A DNA stretch of 64,000 nt from Deltaproteobacteria bacterium. GTDB taxonomy: Bacteria; Desulfobacterota; GWC2-55-46; UBA9637. The position numbers and the translations under genes were made by a program. The notes under the pieces are model-generated. The model was given only the letters and a program-made list of their open reading frames with translations. It was not told the DNA's origin and did no database searches. The DNA is taken from positions 3,493 through 67,492 of the forward strand of contig JAUYHF010000055.1 of assembly GCA_030690165.1 (NCBI GenBank), read 5' to 3'. Shown one piece after another: positions 49,693 to 59,779 of this stretch (its first letter is position 1; each line of letters begins with the position of its first letter).

Positions 49693-50079
49693 CTACTGCT
49701 TTGCCCTTATCAGCCTAACAGCGTCTATATTAAAATAAAGCGTCCTGGTGTATCTGTCAAAAAAATTTACATCTATCTTATAGCGAAGAGAAACCTCTAT
49801 GTCGGAATCCCTTCTATCCACAATAATATCCTTCTCCTCAATGGGAAGCCCAAACTCCTTAACCCTGATCATGATATATTTTACTATCTGCTCGTCAGTG
49901 TACAGATGAGCGTTATCGGCATCATTTGCAACCTCTGTATTTATCATGTAGTAAGTAATGTATGGCGGGGCAAATTTGATGCCGATATAGACCGCGGCAA
50001 CTATCAAAATAACCCAAAAGAGGGTCCCAATGCTTATCTTGCCGTCTTTATTCTTCCATCTCCTCCCCATTTTAAACAT
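49693..50079 (-). CDS. Hypothetical membrane-anchored protein (128 aa)
   Basis: Single N-terminal TM (IGTLFWVILIVAAVYIGIKF), no family recognised. Confidence 0.45.
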   Translation of the reverse strand: MFKMGRRWKNKDGKISIGTLFWVILIVAAVYIGIKFAPPYITYYMINTEVANDADNAHLYTDEQIVKYIMIRVKEFGLPIEEKDIIVDRRDSDIEVSLRYKIDVNFFDRYTRTLYFNIDAVRLIRAKQ

Positions 50080-50234
50080 TTATACACTGTTATTATTATG
50101 AGAGTCAATGTAAATTTTCCAAATTCCCTTTAATCGGTTGACTTTTGTAAATCGGTATAGTATATAAAAACCTCAGTTTATTAGTTTGTAATCCTGAAAA
50201 AGGCAGTTATTCCCAATTCAGAATTTGTTCACTG

Positions 50235-50308
50235 GCGGGCGTAATTCAATGGTAGAATGGAAGCTTCCCAAGCTTCATACGAGGGTTCGATTCCCTTCGC
50301 CCGCTCCA
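50235..50308 (+). tRNA. tRNA-Gly (anticodon CCC)
   Basis: Cloverleaf: acceptor GCGGGCG/CGCCCGC, anticodon stem GAAGC/GCTTC, loop TTCCCAA, T-loop TTCGATT, CCA encoded. Confidence 0.85.
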
Positions 50309-50331
50309 AAAAATAATATTACAGCCGTGAA

Positions 50332-50779
50332 AATGAAAAAGAGATATCATATTTTCTCCATATTATTCTCCATCTATTTTTCTGTCTTTGCCATATCTCC
50401 ACTTACATGCGCCTACAGCTATAATGATATTGCTGCACAAACGGATATCTCAATAAAAAATATAAGGTTATTTGCCATAGACCTGCTCTTATCATCGCTT
50501 GCCAAAAAGGAAAGCAGGGAACAGAATAATGACAACAATCCCGCATCTTCTTTCCATATTTTGCTGAAAAAGAAGAAGGCAACTTTATCTTCAAATAAGA
50601 TAGAAATATCAAGCAATGTTTTTTTAAAGACCGGCCATGCAACAGAGGTTTTTACCTTCTTGACGGAAACATTTTCTGCAATGTCAGCGCCTCAGGGTAA
50701 CAAATCTGTATTTCGAAACGGCTTTTATCTGCCCCATTCCGGCCTTTCGCCGCCTTTCATCACATCGCGCTTATCGTGA
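50332..50779 (+). CDS. Possible small secreted protein (149 aa), weak call
   Basis: ATG with N-terminal hydrophobic stretch; AT-rich, low-complexity; lies directly downstream of tRNA-Gly. Confidence 0.3.
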
Positions 50780-50911
50780 CCATATAACTTAATAATCTCA
50801 TCCAACATAAGATATGGCTTTATTAATCCGCAATTTGTATCAATTTGTTTTTTCACGTTCACATTGATTTTATCACAGAGAGTTAATATATTTTACATAG
50901 GAGGAAATATT

Positions 50912-51676
50912 ATGAAGAGATTTTTACTTTTTATGACAATCGCTATCCTGTTTACTGTTTGGGGATGCAGTAAAAAAGTCGTGACATCAGAGACAGCCGT
51001 TGGACAGATACCAAAGAAAGAGGCAGCCCAGACAGAGGCGGTCAAGGAGAAAGAAACCGCCGCAGTTACCGCGCCTGTTGAGGCTCCATCCATAACACCA
51101 GAAGCCGTGAAACAAGAGGAAGCTGTTACAGAGGAGAAAGAAGCCGCCGCAGTTGCCGCGCCTGTTGAAGTTCCATCCATAATACCAGAAACCGTGAAAT
51201 CAAAGGAAGCTGCTATAGAGGAGAAAGAAACTGCCGCAGTTACTGCGCCTGTTGAGGCTCCATCCATAATACCAGAAGCCGTGAAATCAAAGGAAGCTGC
51301 TATAGAGGAGAAAGAAACTGCCGCAGTTACTGCGCCTGTTGAGGTATTAAAGCTGCAGGACATATTCTTTGATTTCGACAGGTTCCTTATCAGGGAAGAG
51401 GCCAGGCCGGTTCTTGAGACAAATGCGGATTACTTGAAAGCCAATAAGGATTCTAAAATTCTTATTGAAGGCCACTGTGATGAAAGGGGAACCTCGGAAT
51501 ACAATATGGCCCTTGGCGAGAGAAGGGCGCAGTCTGCAAAAAAATACCTTATTGATCTGGGTATAGACCCATCGAGGATATCCACTATAAGTTACGGTAA
51601 AGAAAAGCCATTCTGCACAGACCACAACGAGGGATGCTGGCAAGAAAACAGAAGGGCGCATTTTACCATAAAGTAA
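50912..51676 (+). CDS. OmpA/Pal-family lipoprotein with ~29-aa tandem repeats in linker
   Basis: RBS GGAGG, lipobox LFTVWGC; four 87-nt repeats (ETAAVTAPVEAPSIIPEAVKSKEAAIEEK) between 51046 and 51340; C-terminal OmpA-like peptidoglycan-binding domain. Confidence 0.8.
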   Translation: MKRFLLFMTIAILFTVWGCSKKVVTSETAVGQIPKKEAAQTEAVKEKETAAVTAPVEAPSITPEAVKQEEAVTEEKEAAAVAAPVEVPSIIPETVKSKEAAIEEKETAAVTAPVEAPSIIPEAVKSKEAAIEEKETAAVTAPVEVLKLQDIFFDFDRFLIREEARPVLETNADYLKANKDSKILIEGHCDERGTSEYNMALGERRAQSAKKYLIDLGIDPSRISTISYGKEKPFCTDHNEGCWQENRRAHFTIK

Positions 51677-51751
51677 GAATCCTATCTGCATTTCTTATAC
51701 AAGATTTTATACACAACGTCACCGTAAAGGGAAGAACGTGGAGGTCTAATC

Positions 51752-54013
51752 ATGAAGATTACAATCCGACTTATTATTTCTCTCCTTTTTGCGGTGGCGC
51801 TCGTGGCTGCTGTCTTCTCATATTATCAGGTCAGCGCCGAAAAGGACCGTCTTACAGGCGAGCTGGAGCGGAGGACCATTATTCTGGCCGAGGGCATGCA
51901 TGAATCCATAATCCCACTTATAACATCCAATTCCCTTTCTAAACTAAACCGTCTCGTGACGCGGTTCGGAAACCGCGGACGGCTCAAAGGGGTAGCTGTA
52001 TACGACAGGCAGGGCAATATCATGGCAATAACACCTGATCTGGCGCTGAAGATTGAGAAGCCCCTTCCAGAGGTAGTAAGCGCCATCGAAGAAAAAAGTC
52101 CTGCGGGGATGTTTGTCCGTATTGATGACAATAATATGTATCTTTATGTCCTTCCTGTTCAGCAGGATGACGAGGTTATAGGCGCCATAACACTATTTCA
52201 CGAGGCCTCCTATATAGATGTGAGGATCAGGGAGATATGGAGACACAATCTTATCAGGCTTCTGATCCTCTCGTTTATGATCGTTATAATTACCCTTATA
52301 ATCGTGCGCTGGAGTATCACAGGCCCAATAGCCCGGATTGCGGAATGGATGAGTGAGTTAAGGAAAGGAAAGATAAACAGACCTATGAATTTTATAAAGG
52401 GAGACATACTGGCTCCCCTGATTTCTGAGGTTACGCATCTGGGCAGAAGCCTTGCCATGGCGCGCGCGAGGGCAGATGAGGAGGCAAAACTGCGTTTCCA
52501 TGCCGAGTCACTCTGGACAGCGCACAGGCTAAAGGAGCATATGCGTGTTGAACTCGGCGGCAAAAAATTGTTCATGGTCTCAAACAGGGAGCCTTACATG
52601 CACACCAAAGAGGGACGCATGGTCAAATGCATCGTACCGGCAGGCGGGGTGGTTACTGCGCTGGACCCTGTAATGAGGATATGCGACGGTATCTGGATCG
52701 CCCACGGCAGCGGAGATGCGGACAGGGAAAGAGTGGATGGCAATGACAAATTGCGTGTGCCGCCGGAAGAGCCCGCGTATACGCTCAAGAGGATATGGCT
52801 CACAAAAGAGGAGGAAGACGGCTATTATTACGGGTTTGCAAATGAGGGCATCTGGCCGCTTTGCCACATTACCCATACCCGCCCTGTCTTCCGTCTGGAG
52901 GACTGGGGGTATTATCAAAGGGTAAACGAAAAGTTTGCCGAGGTGCTGCTGGAAGAGATCTCCGGAGAAGAGTCGCCGCTGGTTTTAATCCAGGACTACC
53001 ATTTTGCCCTCCTTCCGCTTCTGGTCAAGGAAAAGCGGCCTGATGCGAAGGTATCCCTTTTCTGGCACATACCCTGGCCAAATCCTGAGGCCTATGGGAT
53101 ATGTCCATGGCTGCGGGAGATACTGATAGGCATGCTCGGGGCTGATATTATCGGTTTCCACACACAATTCCACTGTAATAATTTTTTGGATACCGTTGAT
53201 CGTTTTCTCGAATCAAAGCTCGACTGGGAACAATTCTCGGTAGAGCGGGGCGGCAGCACGACTATCGTCAAGCCATTTCCCATAAGCGTCGATTTTGATG
53301 GTTTAACACTGAATACCCCGGCTGCCCATGATAAAGAATCGCTAAAGGAAAATCTGCTCAAAGAGATTGGGGCGCAGGGCAAGATTATCGGCATAGGGGT
53401 CGATCGTGTTGATTATACAAAGGGTATCCCTGAACGGTTCAGGGCAATTGAGAGATTTCTGGAGAAATACCCTGATTTTATAGGCAGGTTTACCTTTGTA
53501 GAATTAGGGGCCCCGAGCCGGCTTCATGTAAAACGATACAGAGACCTGATGACTGAGGTGGAAGAGACTGTGGAGAAGATCAACTGGCGTTTTCAGACCA
53601 AAGGGTGGAAACCTATTGTCTTCCTTAAGGCACACCACAGCCATGATGAGATTAACCAATTTTATAAGATTGCTGACCTCTGTATGGTTACTTCCCTCCA
53701 TGACGGAATGAATCTGGTTGCGAAAGAGTTTGTCGCCTCCCGAAGCGATGAAGACGGTGCGTTAATCCTCAGCCAGTTTACCGGCGCTTCCCGCGAGCTA
53801 AAGGATGCGGTTATCGTAAACCCTTATGATATAGAAATGATGGCAGATGCCATATATATATCGCTCAACATGGATTCCTCTGAAAAGTCTGAGCGAATGA
53901 GACGGATGCGCGCTGCGGTAAGGGAACAAAATATTTACCGCTGGGCAGGGAATTTAATTACAAGCCTGGCGCGTCTAAGGCTGCCTGACACTTCAAATGA
54001 AAAGGCCGGATAA
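51752..54013 (+). CDS. otsA: Alpha,alpha-trehalose-phosphate synthase (GT20) with N-terminal 2TM sensor + HAMP extension
   Basis: C-terminal ~500 aa is canonical OtsA; N-terminal 240 aa has TM1, ~150-aa extracytoplasmic domain, TM2, HAMP-like helix. Confidence 0.85.
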   Translation: MKITIRLIISLLFAVALVAAVFSYYQVSAEKDRLTGELERRTIILAEGMHESIIPLITSNSLSKLNRLVTRFGNRGRLKGVAVYDRQGNIMAITPDLALKIEKPLPEVVSAIEEKSPAGMFVRIDDNNMYLYVLPVQQDDEVIGAITLFHEASYIDVRIREIWRHNLIRLLILSFMIVIITLIIVRWSITGPIARIAEWMSELRKGKINRPMNFIKGDILAPLISEVTHLGRSLAMARARADEEAKLRFHAESLWTAHRLKEHMRVELGGKKLFMVSNREPYMHTKEGRMVKCIVPAGGVVTALDPVMRICDGIWIAHGSGDADRERVDGNDKLRVPPEEPAYTLKRIWLTKEEEDGYYYGFANEGIWPLCHITHTRPVFRLEDWGYYQRVNEKFAEVLLEEISGEESPLVLIQDYHFALLPLLVKEKRPDAKVSLFWHIPWPNPEAYGICPWLREILIGMLGADIIGFHTQFHCNNFLDTVDRFLESKLDWEQFSVERGGSTTIVKPFPISVDFDGLTLNTPAAHDKESLKENLLKEIGAQGKIIGIGVDRVDYTKGIPERFRAIERFLEKYPDFIGRFTFVELGAPSRLHVKRYRDLMTEVEETVEKINWRFQTKGWKPIVFLKAHHSHDEINQFYKIADLCMVTSLHDGMNLVAKEFVASRSDEDGALILSQFTGASRELKDAVIVNPYDIEMMADAIYISLNMDSSEKSERMRRMRAAVREQNIYRWAGNLITSLARLRLPDTSNEKAG

Positions 54014-54875
54014 TACCTTAAAACCGATTTATATTTTTGGAAGGAATAGTGCTCAAGCCTGGCTTTCTGGAGCAGAAGGCTGCCGCAAGATGGCATTGTT
54101 TTTGGATTATGATGGCACATTGGCGCCTATTCAGAAAAACCCTGCCGAATGCATCCTGCCGGATGGACTGAGGAGACAATTGAGCGCGCTGGCAGACACA
54201 GATTGCTGCACTGTTTCCATCCTGAGCGGAAGAAGGCTTCATGACATCAAAAAAAGGATCGGTATCCGTAAGATTTACTATGGAGGAAATCACGGGATAG
54301 ATATCTGCGGTCCCGGTCTGAGATACACACATCCTGAGGCCATGCGAATAAAACCGCTTATTGACGATGTAAAAAAGAGGCTTGAAAAAGAAATCAGGGG
54401 GATTGCAGGCGCATGGCTTGAGGGAAAACTGTTTACATTGAGCCTGCATTTCCGTGCCGTAAGACAGGATAATATCCGGCATGTCAAAAAAATCTTTTAT
54501 AGGGTAATTGAGCGTTTTCCGGAAAAAGGACGTTTATCCGTAATCAGGGGGAAGAAGGTTCTGGAACTCGTTCCCAATATATCGTGGGGGAAAGGGGAGG
54601 CCAGCCTGTGGTTGCTGAAGCAATGGGGAGGCAGATACCTGCCTGTATATGTGGGAGATGACAAAACGGATGAGACCGCCTTTAAAGCACTTAGTAAAAC
54701 AGGCATAACCATCCGCATCGGGAAATCCAGGAATACATCAGCCCGCTTCTATCTTAAGGGATACCGGGAGGTTCCACGATTATTAGAGCAACTCAGGGAT
54801 ATAATAAAAAAACCTGCCCTTTATTCGGAGTTTGAAGGTGAGGCAAAATACTCATGCGCCAACCCACTGCATTGA
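53997..54875 (+). CDS. otsB: Trehalose-6-phosphate phosphatase
   Basis: HAD motif LFLDYDGTL; overlaps otsA by 17 nt. Confidence 0.85.
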   Translation: MKRPDNTLKPIYIFGRNSAQAWLSGAEGCRKMALFLDYDGTLAPIQKNPAECILPDGLRRQLSALADTDCCTVSILSGRRLHDIKKRIGIRKIYYGGNHGIDICGPGLRYTHPEAMRIKPLIDDVKKRLEKEIRGIAGAWLEGKLFTLSLHFRAVRQDNIRHVKKIFYRVIERFPEKGRLSVIRGKKVLELVPNISWGKGEASLWLLKQWGGRYLPVYVGDDKTDETAFKALSKTGITIRIGKSRNTSARFYLKGYREVPRLLEQLRDIIKKPALYSEFEGEAKYSCANPLH

Positions 54876-54944
54876 ATTAGTGTGTTGTTCTATACTCCTT
54901 TCTTGACAAAAAGATTTTGAAAGGATATATCTTAGCAAACTTAT

Positions 54945-55493
54945 ATGGATAAGCCTATACCTGTGAAAACGGAAAAAAAGATCAGGCAGCATTATTTTGT
55001 GGCAAAAGAACTGCAGATTACTATAACCATTCTGGTAGTATTGGCGCTTTTAGGCGGAGCGTTTTTACAGTCAATATCCTCGGCGCTAAGTTCATTTTTT
55101 GGCTTTACAACACCTGCTTTAACCATCTTTCTTACCATTGGTTATGTTGCGATTGTTGCAATTTTGTCCATCTTTTTTGCCCACAAGTTTCTCGGACCGT
55201 TTAAAAGACTGGAATACGAGATGAAGATCATTAGCAGCGGAGAGTTGGATAAACGGCTCTCTATCAGAACAAAAGATGACCTGTATGTCAGAAACTTTGT
55301 CGCCTATGTCAATAAATTTATAGAAAACTTTGAAAACATGAGCAAGGATTACAGCAAACTCCACAGCGTCATATCTATCCAAATGGGTGATATAATAAAA
55401 AAAATAGAAAAGGGGCAGCACAACCCGGAGGATATAAAGGAGACCCTCAAAACCATTCAGAGACATATACACGAATTAAGAGAGAAATGGTAA
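54945..55493 (+). CDS. Stand-alone 2TM + HAMP-like small membrane protein
   Basis: Two TM helices followed by GPFKRLEYEMKIISSGELDKRLSI (HAMP signature) and a coiled coil. Confidence 0.5.
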   Translation: MDKPIPVKTEKKIRQHYFVAKELQITITILVVLALLGGAFLQSISSALSSFFGFTTPALTIFLTIGYVAIVAILSIFFAHKFLGPFKRLEYEMKIISSGELDKRLSIRTKDDLYVRNFVAYVNKFIENFENMSKDYSKLHSVISIQMGDIIKKIEKGQHNPEDIKETLKTIQRHIHELREKW

Positions 55494-56302
55494 TCCCTTT
55501 CCTTAAAAATCTTTTCTTTATTGCCTTCACTATAATCCTTTTAATAGTTGATAACTTCATTGGCGAATGCGCATCGCAGCCAAAAATATCTAATGCCCTT
55601 AAAGGAACAAATGTTCAGCGTTCCATGGTAGTTGCCGTTATTGATGGAGACACCATTGAGATTGAAGGAGGGCAACGGGTAAGGTATCTTGGCATTGACA
55701 CCCCTGAGACAGGGCAGCCATTTTATGAAGAAGCAAGGAACAAAAATAAAGACTTTGTTCTTGGAAAGAATGTCAGATTGGAGGTGTGCAAAAGTGAACC
55801 AACTGACAAATATGGAAGGCTTCTTGCCTATGTTTACATAAACCAAACAATGGTCAATAGAGAGCTTCTAATATCCGGCTATGCCAGGATACTTATAATC
55901 CCTCCATGCGGCGTTGAAAAGGCAGACGAGTTCAGGCAATATCAAAAAGGAGCGATGAAAAAGAAGGTCGGACTGTGGGGTAAGAGAAAACCGGTGATAA
56001 TAAAAGATTTTATCCCTGCATCGGATGCTGCCAGATTTATTGATGAAAGGAAGGCAATATATGGAAAGGTCATGGGGGTGCGGGAAGGAAAAAATATAAT
56101 TTTTATTGAGATAGGAAATACCTCCAAAATAGACTTAAGGGTCGTGATATTTCAGCAGGATAAAAAGAACTTTAAAGATGACAGGATTGATCCCTTAACC
56201 CATTATCAGGGTAAAAAAGTAGTTGTATATGGAAAAATAAAAATGTATAAAGGAAACACTGAGGTTATCGTAGGCAGCCCATCTCAAATAGAGGTGTGGT
56301 GA
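55487..56302 (+). CDS. Secreted/membrane-anchored thermonuclease (SNase) homologue with C-terminal OB-fold-like domain
   Basis: [10 protein letters not shown]...YLGIDTPE...RLLAYVY SNase motifs; N-terminal hydrophobic anchor. Confidence 0.75.
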   Translation: MVIPFLKNLFFIAFTIILLIVDNFIGECASQPKISNALKGTNVQRSMVVAVIDGDTIEIEGGQRVRYLGIDTPETGQPFYEEARNKNKDFVLGKNVRLEVCKSEPTDKYGRLLAYVYINQTMVNRELLISGYARILIIPPCGVEKADEFRQYQKGAMKKKVGLWGKRKPVIIKDFIPASDAARFIDERKAIYGKVMGVREGKNIIFIEIGNTSKIDLRVVIFQQDKKNFKDDRIDPLTHYQGKKVVVYGKIKMYKGNTEVIVGSPSQIEVW

Positions 56303-57078
56303 GCGAAGCGGCCATGCTGCTCGTTATTGACATAGGCAATACAAATATCGTCATTGGCATTTATGACAGGAACAGGCTTGCCCATCATTGGCGTCTTGGC
56401 ACAAAAAAGGCGCGGACTGCTGATGAGTACGGGATTATGATGATGGGCTTTTTTAATTTCGGCGGGATACAAATAGACAGTATTGACGGCGCCATACTAT
56501 CCTGTGTTGTCCCTCCGCTTACAGATACATTTCTTGAAATGTCGGAAGTATATTTTAAAATCAAACCAATCGTTGTCGGCCCCGGCATAAAGACAGGCGT
56601 GCCGATTATGACAGACAACCCAAAAGAGGTTGGCGCTGACAGGATTGTGAATGCGGTTGCCGCGTATGAAATTTATAAAAGCGCTGTTATCGTTGTTGAT
56701 TTCGGCACAGCCGCAACATTTGACTATGTGTCTCAAAAAGGGGAATATCTGGGCGGCGCTATTGCCCCCGGTATAGGCATATCAATGGATGCGCTTTTTC
56801 AAAGGGCTGCAAAACTTCCGAGGGTTGAAATATCCAAACCAAAAAATATTGTCGGCAAGAATACAGTTGACAGCATTCAGTCAGGCATATTTTATGGATA
56901 TATAGGGCTCGTGGATGGCATTGTTGAAAGGATGAAGAAAGAGGTTGGGGCAAAAACCAGGGTTGTGGCTACAGGCGGCTTTGCCGGACTTATTGCGCCG
57001 GAGAGCAGGACAATTGAAGATGTTAATGAGTTCCTGACCCTTGATGGCCTGAAGATTATTTATGAAAGGAATGTGTAA
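56296..57078 (+). CDS. coaX: Type III pantothenate kinase
   Basis: [22 protein letters not shown] fold. Confidence 0.85.
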   Translation: MVSEAAMLLVIDIGNTNIVIGIYDRNRLAHHWRLGTKKARTADEYGIMMMGFFNFGGIQIDSIDGAILSCVVPPLTDTFLEMSEVYFKIKPIVVGPGIKTGVPIMTDNPKEVGADRIVNAVAAYEIYKSAVIVVDFGTAATFDYVSQKGEYLGGAIAPGIGISMDALFQRAAKLPRVEISKPKNIVGKNTVDSIQSGIFYGYIGLVDGIVERMKKEVGAKTRVVATGGFAGLIAPESRTIEDVNEFLTLDGLKIIYERNV

Positions 57079-57593
57079 TGATAGCAGAGTCTTCAGAGGA
57101 GAAGTTTAAACAAGGGATGCAATTTTTAAAAAACAACAATCTTGAGAAGGCAACGAGGTCGTTTGAAAAGGCATATCAAGAGGATAAGGAAAATGCAAGG
57201 TATATGTCTTATTACGGAATGTGCGTTGCAATGAAATGGGGAGAGATAGGGTTGGGAATTGAGCTCTGCACAAGGGCGGTAAAGAAGGAATTTTATAAGA
57301 CTGAATATTACATAAATCTTTCCAGGGTATATATTAAGGCCGACAATAAGAAAGGAGCCATTAATGTTTTAAAAAAAGGGCTCAGGTTTGACCCTGAAAA
57401 TGATATTATCCATGAAGAACTGGTAAAATTCGGGGCAAGAAAAAAACCTATAATACCATTTATGAATCGCTCTAATCCAATCAATAAGTTTCTCAGCATA
57501 TTTTTCAGGAAGACAATGCCTGGCCTTATCAGCAGGCTCAAAAGAGAAGAAAGAGACGTGAAGAAAGATGTGGGTGGAGCAAGGCAACTATGA
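57078..57593 (+). CDS. Tetratricopeptide-repeat protein
   Basis: TPR-like helical repeats. Confidence 0.55.
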   Translation: MIAESSEEKFKQGMQFLKNNNLEKATRSFEKAYQEDKENARYMSYYGMCVAMKWGEIGLGIELCTRAVKKEFYKTEYYINLSRVYIKADNKKGAINVLKKGLRFDPENDIIHEELVKFGARKKPIIPFMNRSNPINKFLSIFFRKTMPGLISRLKREERDVKKDVGGARQL

Positions 57594-58642
57594 AGATATC
57601 ACCCAATCTGGAAAAATTTATCTCCCCTCAAACACCAAAGGAAACAAGGCTTATGGCTGCAAAGGCTGTGCTTCCTATGGGGCCAAAGGATATTGTTGCC
57701 GTCCTTTCCATCCTTATCAGCGATACAGATATCGAGGTCAGTGAAACAGCAAGAAAAAGCCTTGAAGGGATCCCATCCCATTTATTGCTGACGGTTTTGG
57801 ATGGCGATTTAGATCCTCTTGTTATAAAAACCGTCGTCAATATACATAAGGGTAATGATGCCGTACTTGTTATGGCGGCTTTAAATCGCAATACGGATGA
57901 TGAGACCATGGCGCTTATGGCCTCGAATGCCCCGGAAGGTGTGGCGCGGGTTATAGCGGAAAATCAGACCAGGCTTATGCGTAACCCCTCCCTTCTGGAT
58001 GCGCTTAAGACCAATCCTTCTGTCGGTAAATCCGTTGTTGACAGGGTTACAGTCTTTCTTATATCAGTTGGCAAGATATGCCCAAAAGAAGCGGCTGTCT
58101 CTATGCCTGCCGAGGTAGAGCCTCTGCAAATAAAGGAGCCAGAGAAGGAGGTTGTATTACCGGCGGAAGAGGTTGCTGCCGTTGACGCTGAATTGAAGAT
58201 AGAAAAAGAGGCTGCAACTGAGGCGGAAAAGGAAAGTCTTTATAAGAGGGTGCAGCATTTGAATGTTTCAGAAAAGATTAAGCTTGCCCTGCTCGGCAAT
58301 AAAGAGGCAAGGGACATACTAATGAAAGATTCCAATAAACTTGTTTCCTCTACAGTGTTAAAAAATCCAAGGATTACTGAAGACGAGATTACGAAGGTGG
58401 TTAACTCAAGGAGTATTTCGGATGATATACTCAGGCAGGTGGCAGGCAACAAAGAATGGCTAAAAAAATATCCCATCAAATTAGGCATGGTGAATAATCC
58501 TAAGACGCCCTTGACAGTCGCCATCCGGCTCTTAAATCAGTTAAATGGAAAAGATGTGCAGCATATTGCCAAAAGCAAAAATGTTTCAAGCGCCTTGTCA
58601 TCGGCGGCAAAAAAGATAGTTCTGCAGAAGGAGAAAAAATAG
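57590..58642 (+). CDS. Hypothetical alpha-helical repeat protein (350 aa)
   Basis: Repeated NP.T/ITxDEI...L motifs in C-terminal half; acidic linker. Confidence 0.5.
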   Translation: MKISPNLEKFISPQTPKETRLMAAKAVLPMGPKDIVAVLSILISDTDIEVSETARKSLEGIPSHLLLTVLDGDLDPLVIKTVVNIHKGNDAVLVMAALNRNTDDETMALMASNAPEGVARVIAENQTRLMRNPSLLDALKTNPSVGKSVVDRVTVFLISVGKICPKEAAVSMPAEVEPLQIKEPEKEVVLPAEEVAAVDAELKIEKEAATEAEKESLYKRVQHLNVSEKIKLALLGNKEARDILMKDSNKLVSSTVLKNPRITEDEITKVVNSRSISDDILRQVAGNKEWLKKYPIKLGMVNNPKTPLTVAIRLLNQLNGKDVQHIAKSKNVSSALSSAAKKIVLQKEKK

Positions 58643-58649
58643 ACTCCAT

Positions 58650-59552
58650 ATGTATGATGTAATCATTATAGGCGGAGGCCCTGCCGGCCTTACAGCAGGC
58701 ATATATGCCCAGAGGGCAAGGCTTAAAACGCTCCTTCTGGAAAAGGAGATGGTAGGCGGCCAGATTGCCGTAAGCGATGTTATAGAGAACTATCCTGGTT
58801 TTCCGTCAATAAGCGGCGCAGACCTTATGGAGAAGTTTGAGGGGCATGCGAAGGGACTGGGGCTTGAAATTAGAATGACGGATGTTATAGCAGTTGAAGA
58901 TATGGGCAAAGAAGTGATTGTAAAGACCTCTGAGGGAGATTTGACAGCAAGGACAGTGATTGTGGCCACAGGCGCAAAACCAAGAAGGCTCGGCATTTCC
59001 GGAGAAAAGGAATTTACAGGCAAGGGAGTTTCATACTGCGCAACGTGCGACGGCCCGTTTTTTAAAGGGCAGAGGGTTCTGGTTATCGGCGGCGGCGATA
59101 CGGCTGTAAAAGAGGCTGTTTATCTATCAAGGATTGCTGGTAAGGTTTATATTGTCCATAGAAGAGACCAACTCAGGGCTGAAAAGATAATTCAAGAAAA
59201 AGCCCTTTCCATCCCGAATATAGAGATGCTGTGGAGCCATGTTTTGAAAGAGATAAAAGGGGAAAAAGGGGTTGAAAAGGTTGTCTTGCAGAACCTCAAG
59301 GATAACAGCTTAAAGGAGATTGACGCCGAGGGGGTGTTTATCTTTACTGGCATAAATCCAACAACTGATTTTGTTGATGTGGAAAAGGATAAAAGCGGTT
59401 TTATAAAGACCGACCAGAATATGCAGACATCTGTAAAAGGCATATTTGCGGCAGGGGACTGTAGGACAACACCGCTTAAACAGGTATCAACAGCAGTTGG
59501 AGATGGCGCAATAGCCGCATTCATGGCAGAAAAGTATATAGAAGAGAGATAG
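58650..59552 (+). CDS. trxB: Thioredoxin-disulfide reductase
   Basis: GGGPAG FAD motif, redox-active CATC, GGGDTA NADPH motif. Confidence 0.9.
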   Translation: MYDVIIIGGGPAGLTAGIYAQRARLKTLLLEKEMVGGQIAVSDVIENYPGFPSISGADLMEKFEGHAKGLGLEIRMTDVIAVEDMGKEVIVKTSEGDLTARTVIVATGAKPRRLGISGEKEFTGKGVSYCATCDGPFFKGQRVLVIGGGDTAVKEAVYLSRIAGKVYIVHRRDQLRAEKIIQEKALSIPNIEMLWSHVLKEIKGEKGVEKVVLQNLKDNSLKEIDAEGVFIFTGINPTTDFVDVEKDKSGFIKTDQNMQTSVKGIFAAGDCRTTPLKQVSTAVGDGAIAAFMAEKYIEER

Positions 59553-59587
59553 GTTAGGCTAAAAACCACCTAACCCTCGGATTTATT

Positions 59588-59664
<77 letters not shown>

Positions 59665-59779
59665 ATAGAAAAATATCTTAAACTACTACGATAACAAAAG
59701 TCAAGGTTTTTAAAAAAATACTAATGGGTTGCATAAATATCTTTATTTGCTATACTATAAACCTATTGTAGGGCAATTT

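Noticed and set aside
50225-50779. 184-aa ORF in the six-frame track spanning tRNA-Gly
   Set aside because: Its 5' part is the tRNA gene itself. Only the downstream ATG at 50332 could be a real (weak) CDS.
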